Assembly: GCF_902459465.1 (NCBI RefSeq)
Contig: NC_047065.1
Location: forward strand, 19,282,001-19,346,000
Source of the DNA: Asterias rubens
Taxonomy: Eukaryota
Direction of reading: 5' to 3'
Length of the DNA: 64,000 nt
Both the position numbers and the translations under genes were made by a program. The notes under the pieces were generated by a model that had not been told where the DNA came from, did no database searches, and saw only the letters and a list, made by a program, of their open reading frames with translations. Position 1 is the stretch's first letter, and each line of letters begins with the position of its first letter. Positions 23,202-35,300 of the stretch are shown here, in pieces.

Positions 23202-23271
23202 ATGCATACTATGTCTGCTGTTGACAAGGAGATAGAGGCCGAAGGCGCTGATTGGCGATACATCAACGACG
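23202..23271 (+). CDS. CA8: CA8 exon 1: [23 protein letters not shown](G); alternative start ATG at 23211
   Basis: Acidic N-terminus plus W.Y motif matching human CA8 EGVEWGYEEG; donor G|GTACGT at 23272 joins exon 2 in phase 1. Confidence 0.85.
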
Positions 23272-26200
23272 GTACGTTATTTTTGTCTTAATGTTAAGAA
23301 TCTAACACAGTCTGCCATCTCAAATCTTTATTCCACATCTGTGTTTCTAGAAATGGACTGTTTGCGCGCCATTGCGAAGTGATGCATTACTGTAGCAGCG
23401 ATGTCGCCTTGGCATTATCAGCACCATAATACGAAGTCAACGCTGTCTTTTCTAATAGCTGGAAACACACCCAGGCACAGCGCTGTAACAATAATTATCT
23501 CCCGTTTGGATTAGCCTTGGGTTGTGCATGATATACACAGCGAGACTGTCGTAGTGGATGGTGATATCTAAAACCATTATTAGGCCTACGCCACCACGAA
23601 GATATCTGAATAGATTTGTAGCGACCATTTACCGTCAACAGCGTTGTATTTGATCTGAAATTTAAATCAATACAGCCTTTAGCGCTGTTGGTAAGACTAC
23701 GATTTAACCTCTGCATGGTAAATGTATGATTGATATATTCACTGGGAATATCTCAACACAGTTACTATAAAAGAGTACATGTGTAATTTATGTCAAATTT
23801 GCATCGGGGTTAAAATGTGGTTAACAAAATATTAATTATGTGAAATTTATATATTATTTTAAACCAACACTGATGCTGATTTACAAACTTATAAATCTAA
23901 ACACACTAACAGAACATGTGCTTCACAAGAAAGTAATTATGTTAAATTTCCAGCATTTTGTTTTGATTTCGATCATAAGGTAATGTTATCTTGCTTAGAA
24001 ATAATTGTGCATAACATTAACACACGTGGTTCAATAAAATAACTGTTGATTGCAATGTAATGTGGAATACCAATTAGCAGAACTGTAAACATCTGGTTGT
24101 ATCTGATAAAGCCTACTTAAAATATATTCATGCTATATTAGATTAACGTTTTCCGTAATGTTATTGTTGTGTAATTAAAGGCAGTGGACACTATTGGTAA
24201 TTACTCAAAATATATATTAGCATAAAACCTTACTTGGCAACGAGTAATGGGGAGAGGTTGATAGTAAAATACATGGTGAAAAATGGTTTCCTCTGAAGTA
24301 ACGTAGTTTTCGAGTAGGAAATAATTATCCACGAATGTTGATTTCGAGACTTCAGATTTAGGTTTTGAGGTCTCGAAATCACACATCTGAAAGCACACAA
24401 CTTCATGTGTGTGACAAGGGTGTTTTTCTTTCACTATTATCTCTCAATGTCGACGACCAAGTGAGCTCAAAATTTCACAGGTTTGTTTTTGGTGAGATAC
24501 ATCAAGTGAGAATACTTGTCTTTGACAATTACCAATAGTGTCCAGTGTCTTTAAAATGTATTTGGGTAAGAATACACGGAGCTCGGAAACGTGCCGAGTA
24601 TAAAGTGCTGACACACATCCGTGTATAGGGGTGTACAACCAAAATTAATAATTCTTTATCCCCGATGCAAATTTCCATCTGTTAAATACAAACAATCCTT
24701 GTATTGTTAAATTTTAGTCTGATGACAGCTTATCCGATTAAAAAGTTCACACTAAAATCATTTCTTGTTTTTATTTTATGAAATATTTCCCTCTGAAATT
24801 AAGTCGTAACCATTCGGGAACATTTCAAGAACAAAAACTAACCAAACGTACAACAGTTGATTTCGGTTGTTAAAACAGCTGATTTCAGTTGTTACAACAG
24901 CTGATTTCTGGTTGTTACAACCAAATAAAGGACAAAGAGTTTACATGAAGAATTTGCACAAATGTTCATATTATGACTGGCACAGCGGAATAAGCCCAGA
25001 TTTGTATGATGGTCGATCACACATAACCTGAACACTGTCAGTGACTGCCAATCATGTAAAATACCTCAAATATTACGTAGTACCACGTAGGATACTAAAG
25101 AAAAACCAAAACCTCTACAGGACCATCAATCAATAGTGACATAAAATAGCCGTTGGGTATGAACTCTTTAATAAGAATATTAATGTACGGAATATTGAAC
25201 ATGCATTCCTGTCAGAAGCGAGTGTTTGATGATGGGGTTTCCCAAACACTTTTGGATTGAACCAGTATGAAATGTAGAGATGTGACAATTTCAAATTTCT
25301 TTATGTTATATTTTGTTTAATTGTTGTGTGTGTGTGTTATTGTTTTGTTGTGTTATAATGTTACACTCTTGCGAACTCACGGGTCCTAGGGGCGTGAGCC
25401 ATAACTGGGTCAGACTGGAGTCACCCTTAAGGTGTTTTTCTCTTTTTTTTCAAAGATAATTTTACTTAGGACTCAGCAACATTTTTATCCATTTCTATGT
25501 GATTTTTGACACAAACTATGGTCAAGGCCCACGGGGGACACTGACCAGGGTCAGTTTTGACTAATTAGGTGTCTCGGTAGAGGAAAATGCTCGATTTTGT
25601 TTTAACAGGTCGCTGAATTGAAAGTGTGTATTTTGTATCTAGGCCTATTTTGTAACAATTATAAATTTAGTAGTGGCAATGTCTAAAGACAATGAGAGTT
25701 CATTGAGCTCAACATACAAATGTTTCGTTGCCATTTTATAATTGGAAATTACGATTCTCCTTTCGGCAGTATTTAATTAAAGTAGGCAAATATCGTAATT
25801 CATTAGCTTATTCTGACGTAGTTGGTGTGCGCTTTATGCTGGTTGGTGTTCGTTTATAAACATTGTTCAATTATAAATCATTATCTAAGAAAGAAGATAC
25901 AGGTAAATTACTTATCATAACTAAGTCAACAGAGGTGATGCATTCTCAATAAAGGTGACGGTCAAAATAATGAATAGCAGCTACAATTCGGAGAACTTCT
26001 CGTTATTTCTGCTACCCGGTGAAGCGGTCATTGATGATCTTGAAATACACGTTGTAATATATAGCGCCGCCACACGCGTCGTCGCTGTAATCGTTGGGTA
26101 GATCAAGGTGATACTTGATACGCATGGCTCTTACAGACTCTACCCTACTCCCCATTTAGTTACCCTCAATCCTTCTCACCATCTTAACCCCTCTTACACG

Positions 26201-29200
26201 CCACCTTACCACTTTACCCTCTCCCAAACTTACCCCTCCCCTACTCACCATTTAAGTAACCCTCCAACCTTCTCACCATCTTAACCCCTCTATAACGCCA
26301 TCTAAGTAACCCTCCAACCTTCTCACCATCTTAACCCCTCTATAACGCCATCTAACCACTTCACCCTCTCCCAAACTTACCCCTCCCTTACTCACCATTT
26401 AAGTAACCCTCCAACCATCTCACCATCTTGACCCCTCTATAACGCCATCTTACCACTTCACCCTCTCCCAAACTTACCCCTCCCCTACTCACTTTTAGTA
26501 GCCCTTATACCACCTTTTCACATTCATTCTCTCTTTTGGCCACATTACTACCCACCTTCTTATACCTTCTAAACAATTTCCCCCCTCTATACAGGCACAG
26601 CAGAATGGGGCCTCCATTTTCCCGAAGCTCGCGGCGACTGCCAGTCCCCAATCAACATCAACTCCCGTCAGTCAGTTTACGACAGCGCCCTCAATCAGCC
26701 CAGCTTGAATGCAGACTACGCTCTGTGCCGTGAATGTGAGATGATCAATACTGGAAACACAGTGCAGATCAGTGTCAAATACAAGCCAGGTTAGTTCATA
26801 GAGAAAAGACACATAGTGCAACACTCAAGTGTTGTTTGTAAACAGCAACATGTCTGTGCCCAATTGCATAAGGCTGTTATTAAAGCAGAACATTTTGCTC
26901 GACAAATTTATTTACTAAATAGAGTGGGGCACTAGTGGACCCTGCCACTCAAATGGTGAAAATATAATTAGCTGTTAGCAAACTGGGCCCATCGTAAAGC
27001 CTGTGAAAGCACACTAGTATTGAAAGTATTGAAACAGGTTACCAGCCAAAATTACATATATATATATAGGTCGACATAGTTGTAACTGCATAGAGTTCAC
27101 TCATTGTCTTTCAAACCTTTCTTAAACTGTTTTGAAAATAACGTGTTTAAAGGGCGCCTCCTCTAGCCGGCGACCGAAAGTGCTTGAATGTTCCACCCTC
27201 ACTTTTGTTAAGCCTCAAAGTGCACACAATGACAAATGATAACAAAACAACATTTTGCTTACCGAAATCAACGGCTAAGGAATTTTTAATTTCTAAAACC
27301 AAAAACACCAAACCCAGTTCCAAATCTTGAGTATTCGGCGCTCTATAAGTGTTCACTCTTACAGCCTAATAACCTTTGATCTAACTTGACTGTCTAATAT
27401 GTTTTTCTTCTCGTTTCTAGATGGAGTCATGGCAGGCCTAGGCAAATCCGAACCACCGCCAAGATCAGGTAAGTTCACTCTTAGGATTCATCAGTTGACA
27501 AACGGGTCCAACAAGTCAGAGTCCTTGTGAAAATGAGAGGAAAACTTAGTGATCTATTTGTTAATATTACTAACTAAAAAATTAAACTTGGTAACGAGCA
27601 ATGGAGTGCTGTTGGCAGAATAAAACATTGTGAGAAACGGCTCCTTCTCTAAAAAGGTAATTTGTCCCTCAAATAATTATTTTAACCTAATAAAATACTT
27701 CAGGCCTGAAGCCCTTTTTAGGCATCTGAAAGCCCACAAAGTTGTGCGACAAGGGTGTTTTTCTTTGACTAAAAATGTCCATGCATTTGTTATTTTTATG
27801 CTAGGGATACACCTATTGAGAATACTGGTCTTTGACAAATATTATTACAAAACGTGTCCACTGCCTTTGAAAAAATATTTAGGAAGCTGAAAGTAGGAAT
27901 TGATATTCCTCTTCAGATCAGATTGCATGATGCATGGAGGGAACCATACACCAAGCAATGAGTTTCAAAGAAGTGCAGTACGTGGAATAAAACCTGTTGG
28001 AATTACATTTTTGTTCAACTGTGTCTAAAGGCACAGGACACGTTTGGTTATTGCCAAAGACCAGAATTCTCACTTGGTGTAACCAACACAATTATGCATA
28101 AAAATACCATGCTCAATTGCTCATTAAAGGGTCAATGTACTAAAAACACAATGTCAACACATTTGTATTAAACTTACACAGTTTGAAGATAATGAAGGTA
28201 GAAAGCTTCCCTGAAAATATTACTTGCTGAGGTGCTGTAGTTTTTGAGAAATAAGTAAAACAATGTCAAGAAACTAGTTTTCGTCTCAGTGATCATGAGA
28301 CGAAAATTATTTTAGCTTGTAAAAGCGTATCTTCATGACATTGTTTTACTCATTTCTAAAAAACTACAGCACCTCAGCAAGTGATATTTTCAGGAAAGCT
28401 TTCTACTATCATTATCGTCATACGGTGTAAGTTTAATGTAAATATGTTGACGTTGTGTTTTATATTGCAAAAAGTACCCAAATCCTTTAAAGACACTGGA
28501 CACTATTGGTAATTGTCAAAGACAAGTCTTCTCACTTGCTGTATCACAACACATGCATAAAATAACAAACCTGTGAAAATTTGAGCTCGATTGGTTGTCG
28601 GAGTTGCGAGATAACTATGATAGAAAAAAGTACCCTTGTCACACGAAGTTGTGTGCTTTCAGATACTGGATTTCGGGACCTCAAATTCTAAACTTGAGGT
28701 CTCGAAATCAAATTCGTGGAAAATTACTTCTTTCTCGAAAACTACTCCACTTCAGAGAGAGAGCCGTTTCTCATAATGTTTTAGACTACCAACCTCTCCC
28801 CATTACTCGTTACCAGTTAAGGTTTTATGCTAATAATTATTTTGAGTAATTACCAATAGTGTCCACTCTCTGGGGAGAGGTTGATGGTATAAAACATTGT
28901 AAGAAACGACACCCTCTGAAGCGCCATAGTTTTCGAGAAAGAAATAATTTTCTACTAATTTGATATCGAGACCTCAGATTTAGAACTTGAGGTCTCGAAA
29001 TCAACCATCTAAACGCACACAACTTCGTGTGACAATGGTGTTTTTTTCTTTCTTTATTATCTCGCAAGTTCGATGACCGATAGAGCTCAAATTTTCACCA
29101 GGTTTGTTATATTATGCATATGTTCAGATACACCAACTGTGAAGGCTAGTCTTTGACAGTTCCCAATAGTGTCCACTGCCTTTAAAAAAACTTGCAAATT

Positions 29201-32200
29201 GTTGCATAATTTGTGTGTTTTCTGATGCCTAAAAGGCTTCAGGCCTGATGAATTTTAATATTGAGTGAGAAACCTCTTTTCCCACACACTAAGTTTCGGA
29301 AGGAGCCTTTCTCACAATGTTAAAAAAACAAAACAGCTGTCCATTGCTCGTTACAAAGTAATGTGCTAATAATAAGTGTACAATGTTCTTAACTGACTGA
29401 AACACCCATCTCTTTCCATTCAGTCTTAACAGGAGGTCCTTTGGCACCAGACTCAGCGTACGAGTTGGCCGAGTTTACGTTCCACTGGGGCCGAGAAGAC
29501 GACAGGGGCTCTGAACACACAGTGAACGGCAAGGCATACCCCATGGAGGTACCTTTTATATCAATTGTTCATCTAAATAGATTATTATCATGGTTCTACC
29601 GTCATAAGATTATATGTTTTTTTTGACCGACTAATAGAGGTCTGCGGTAATCACATGTGAATGTCTCTTTTTAAATCCATTATACAGTTTCGGTACAGAA
29701 AAAAAAAAGTTCACAGATGTACAAAAAAATTACAGGGGATTACAGAAGGTAATGGTGAAATACTTCTCTTGAAATATTATTCCAGGAAATGCTTTACTTT
29801 TTGAGAAAACATTAAAACAATATCAATTCTCGATATCGAGAATTACGGATTTATTTTATACACATGTCAGACATGGCGAAACGTGCGGAAACAAGGGTGG
29901 GCTTCCCCGTTATTTTCTCCCGACTCCGATGACAAATTGAGCCTAAATTTTCACAGGTGTATTATTTTTTATATGAGTTGTGATACACGAAGTGTGGGCC
30001 GTGGACAATACTGTTTACCAAAAGTGTCCAATGGCTTTAAGTCGTGTTAGTTCTGAAAAGAACAGTGTGGCCTTTTCTCGATCTATAGTTAGAAACTTTA
30101 AGACACGAGTTCAGCTAAACGTCAAGGTTTCGATCATGATTATGTGCTACCATTAAATATAAATACCGCCCTCTTGTGACGACTGGAAGTTCAAAATTTG
30201 ACGATTGATTTAGACTTCCATAGTTTAGTGTCAGCGCCCTCTTTCATCAATTAGCAGCGATTTTTCATTACCTGCCGTCGATTTCACAAAGAGTTAGTCT
30301 TATCTCAAGTTAGGACCAGTTACTCGTCCTAACTATAAGGACTATCCATGCAATTTGTATATCTCCTAGGACTAGTCCTAAGTTAGGACTAGTCCCAACT
30401 CTTTGTGAAATCGATCTCTGAGCGAGCAGTGACATATTAAAGGCCCTTTTCGAACCCATGGCTTCTGCTCCAGATTTGGCTCAGTATAGATTTGCCCCGC
30501 GACTGTTTTTTTTACATGCTGAGCGTGCTTTGCGTATACGTGTTCAGGGCTTCAGACGGCCTGAAGCCGAATCCAAAGCCGAAGCCGTGGTTTCGAAAAG
30601 GGCTGCAGAGATGTCGAGTTGAATTTATTGGTCGACTGCAAAAATAGTCTAGCGCCCTCTTATGATTCCATCGTATTGCATCACAACACGGACATCAGGT
30701 CACACATCAAATCGTATAGGTTGGAATGCTGGTCAATCGATATCATTGAAATACATTTACTGAACCTAATTGACACTCAGAGAATCAAAGTATTAATCAT
30801 AGTAAAATGAATACCCTTTTTTTTAATGGAATTAACTGCACCTAGCTGCGTTTGTCGTATGATACCGTCTTGAGAAATTGTCGTTGAATCTTTTATTTTT
30901 TCCCCTCAAAGTTCTATGTTTTCAAATTAATGTGTTCACATTGATCATCACTGATCAATTTACTGTTCAACTAAATCTTGTCATACTATGATAATCTGTT
31001 ATAACTAGAGTAAAATGACAACAGCTTTTAAAATTGCGAAATTTGAAATAAGAGTTGTTTTAGCACAAGTCATGGACTCTTTGTCACTTCATTTATAGCC
31101 AAACTCCGGGTTACAACTGGATCACTACTGACTGTTGTTTGGCAAACCAGTTTTGTTCAGGTGCAATGTCATCAATTGAAACTGCTTATAAAACAAAAAA
31201 GCATTATGTTCTGCTTAGCCACAAACTAGAATGGAAACCCAACCGGTTTTTCTGTCTAAAGCAACTTTGTGATTATTTACATTATCCTCTGTTTTGTGTG
31301 TGTACTATAATGTTGTACTATATAGTTTTGGTTGTAACCAGTACCGTCCAATATGTTTGTTTTGTGGACATGGGGGGGGGGGGGGGTTACTTGATTAGAA
31401 GGGTCACTTGATTGCATTTAGTACTTCTTGGTTCTGGAGTTACGAGTGTGCCAAGGCCTTTTGAAATAAGTATTTCACAATTTTAAACATGCTCAACCCG
31501 AAGGCACACATTTTTAAAGGCAGCCTCCAAATTGAATAAACTTTGCAGGTATCGCGAGATCCTGCGGAAGATATAACAGAGTAATGTTATAGCTATCGAC
31601 AAACCTACATCTGTTGACATACAAACACGAGAGGTTAATTTTTTTCATTTCAACTCACACTCGCCGTGGGTGTACACTTTCTCCTGTTCACCGCGTGCCC
31701 GTTCCACCCATGTCTCTTCCAATCTATGCGTGCTGCCCCTCGCGTCATTTAATTTCTTTCACTTTGAATTTAATTAGAAGTAGAAACTTACATATTTTGT
31801 CTAGATGTGATTGTACAATCTACACTTCTTTTACCCCCTCCTTCCACACACAAACACCCGTTGCTTCCAGGGGCCTACCTTCGCCTATTAATTTTCTCAC
31901 TCCCCCTCTCCCAAAAAAAGAAAACCGGACGCATACCCCTGAGGACAACAAGTGCAAGTCAGTAGAACAACATGTAATATTTGCTGTCCGTTCATATTAT
32001 GGTTTTATAGCCTGGGATATGACCGTACACTTGTATGGGTAATTGGAACACAAGACAGAAGAAGTATTAATATTGTGTGCTAGAAATAGTTTTAGGCTAC
32101 ACTCGGGGACATGGCAATGTTTTATTGAATACTGGGGTAGATCGAACGTGAGTGTACCGTCATAATTTTGCTATAGCTGCTGGGTCCAGCGCGGGAATAT

Positions 32201-32248
32201 AACTTATTAAGAGTCGCTTTGCGCGACCCGTGTTGGAGTTTAGAGGGG

Positions 32249-32318
<70 letters not shown>

Positions 32319-35300
32319 GAGAGAGTGAGAGAGTGAGAAAAATAAAAAAAGAGTGTCGTGTTTTAAAGATTATTCCTTTGTTTCTTCTTTCAAGATTTTA
32401 TTGCACTTCTCTTTCTTGTGTGATTGTGACGAGAATTATCTCAGCCTCGTAGTTTGTAGGTCCTTAGGCTTCCAACTGTTACAAGTGGACGGTTCTGAGA
32501 GCGGGATGAGTTCATAGGGGCGACGGGTGTTTCGTGTCTAGAAGGGTGGGAAGTACAAAATGGGTTCGCCATCTTGCTAATTTCCTCTCCCCGCTCTCTC
32601 TATTATCTGTTGAGCTTTTTCAAATTGTTACCGAGTCCGTCTGCTCTTAAAGGGTGTTTAATACATTTTGTTTGGGGCTACGGCAATATAATCCATACTC
32701 ACTGTGAATCAAGATGTATAGTCAACTAATATAATTAATGTAGAAGTTTCAGCTTCATTGGTCTTCAAGATTTTTAGAAAAAAGTGAAAATCACAAAGTA
32801 AAGTTACGTTCTCAGGAAGTTATTGGTGTTTACCAGCACTCGGCCAAATTCCATAGAGCTTCTAAGCACAACAGTTTGCTTAGCATGAAATGTTTGCCTT
32901 GATAAAAACAGAATTACCAACCACGTTTCCACGTGGTTTTCAGGATTTGGAAACAAAAGCTGAACACCAGTTACTAGCAATATACAACAAAAAGATAATT
33001 GGATGGTAATTCGATATTTTTTAACAGGGAAGAAACTTCTTACTTAGCCAATTTGTTGTGCTTAGCAGCTCTATGAAATTGGGCCCTGGTAAATACGTTG
33101 AAGGCCGACATGCTAAAATAATGTTCGTCTCCTGCGTGACGAAAATTGTTTTCTTGACATTGTTTTACTAATTTCTCAAACACTATATATAGCACCTCAA
33201 TAAGTAATGAGAAGTTAAGGGAAGCTTACTACCATCATTATCTTCAAACTGTGTAAGTTTTATGTAAATCTATAAATCTCGCATTAGGCACTTGGTACCT
33301 TGTGTGTAGCGGTAGGAAAGGAACAGGGCAGAAGGCCCGTGTTTAAAGACACTGGACACTATTGGTAATTGTCAAAGACCAGTCTTCTCACTTTATTTTT
33401 TTAAACGTATGCATACAATAACAAACCTGTAAAAGTTTGAGCTCAATTGGTCGTCGAAGTTGCGAGATATGAATGAAAAAAATGCTTTCAGATGCTTGAT
33501 TTCGAGACCTCAAATTCTAAAGTTGAGGTCTCGAAATCAAATTTGTGGAAAATTACTTCTTTCTTGAAAACTACGTCACTTCAGAGGGAGCTGTTTCTCA
33601 CAATGTTTTATACCACCAACCTCTCCCAATTACTCGTCACCAAGAACGGTTTTATGCTGCTAATAACTATTTTGAGTAATTACCAATAGTGTCCACTGCC
33701 TTTAAAATTATCTAAAGGCTTGCAAAATTCACAGGACGCGTGGTGCGAGGCTTAATTAATAGTATTTTGTTATTGTTTCACATAATGATGTTTCTTAACA
33801 TACAATAACATTCCAGAAATTATTTTAAAGAAACGAAATTTGATAATCTAATAAAGTAATTATTTAACTGGATATTTTAAAGGTAAGGTATTACACGATT
33901 AACTTTTCCCTCCGTCTTCTTTCGGTGCTATTATTCTGCTTATAATATTTTTAATGAAAAAAATATGCTAACATTTTGGCAAACACTACTCTGCTAAAAA
34001 TGTAACATACTTTTTAGTATGGAATTAATGTTGACTTGAATTGGATTGAGAATTATGCAAGTTTGAGAGATTTTCAAAGGAACTCGAAATGTCCTGAGAA
34101 GTCGATTTTAGAAAAAAAATATATTTAGAACCTAAGAAAAAACTCAACAAATAATGAAATTAGCAGATGGTTCAACAAAAATAAAAAATACACGCCTGCT
34201 AAATAAACACCTGGAATCACTTGAAATAGGTTTGTTGTGCGCTACAGTCAATCGTCTGCTTTTACAAAAACCGCGGGAAACACTTTAAAGCGAGATTCGC
34301 AAATCCTTGATCTTTTGTTTGTCGCTTTCGCTTTAGAACTGTCGCATCCACACTTCATCTCTGAATTGGGAATGATTCAAGTGGTGTAAAATAGAATTTT
34401 GGCAAAACAACCTGTTATGTCTGAAAGAATAAGGTACCAGTAATTGTTGGTTAGTTCCTGGCAAGTTACATAAGTGGGGGAGGAGAGTTTTTTTTTTGTA
34501 TATTCCGGAGGACAAATACTACCAGTGCTTAACTTGAGATGTTGTGGGAAATGACAGCAAGAAACACAAGGTTAGATTGGGCAGGAATCTGGCAATCTGC
34601 ACACCTGGGCCGCAGTGGGTGTCACAAAAACAAGGCATTCATTGACTGGGGTGATGGGAGAGAAAGCATAGACTTTGATGAGTGAGTGACAGCGAGTTTG
34701 GCGGGGAGACCAAGTGACATTGCCTCGCTACGGGAAGACTTTGCCCCTGTAGTGACAAGCTAAACCTACTCACTTTTTACTTGGGGTTGGCGTGCACCAT
34801 TTAAGAGCATGTTTACACTTCCAATGCGACCCATTGGGGTCCCTGTATCAACTCGAAAACTGTCAATGTTTTGGAAACATTTTGGGAGAGGTGTCAGGGC
34901 TGCCAATAAGTTGTGAGTCAGGAAAGCATTTAAGGGTTGACGGTTGCTGAATTAACATCTAAAGCTCACAGTTCAGTTTAACAGATGCGTTAGAGGCGAA
35001 CAGCATAAGCTTGACATTTTAAACCAGAAAGAGTACTTTAGACAAGACAGTTTCACGATGGGGAATTTCGCGTCTATTTTAAGGGTTTTGATTCCCCTGG
35101 AAGGGTTTAGCGGGGACAATTTAAGGAGTTTGTTTACAGAGAGGGTTTTTAAGGTGCGTCTGAAACAATCATCACCAAGTCACTCGATGCTCCGGATCGA
35201 TGCAGCCTAGCAAAGAAACAATAAACCACGGTGTTTGAAGTTTGCTTATGCTCTTCTCATTTTTTTTTATATATGGATGGCATTTAACAGTCGCCCAAAG

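Noticed and set aside
26140-26510. Tandem arrays (also 46128-46510 and 49152-50195) as CRISPR-like repeat-spacer arrays
   Set aside because: Whole units are homologous with no unique spacers, there are no cas genes, and the context is an animal genome.
34530-35200. GC-richer block with an IDWGDG (PKD-like) word on the + strand
   Set aside because: Every frame on both strands has several stops; one hexapeptide is not enough. Possibly an old TE interior.
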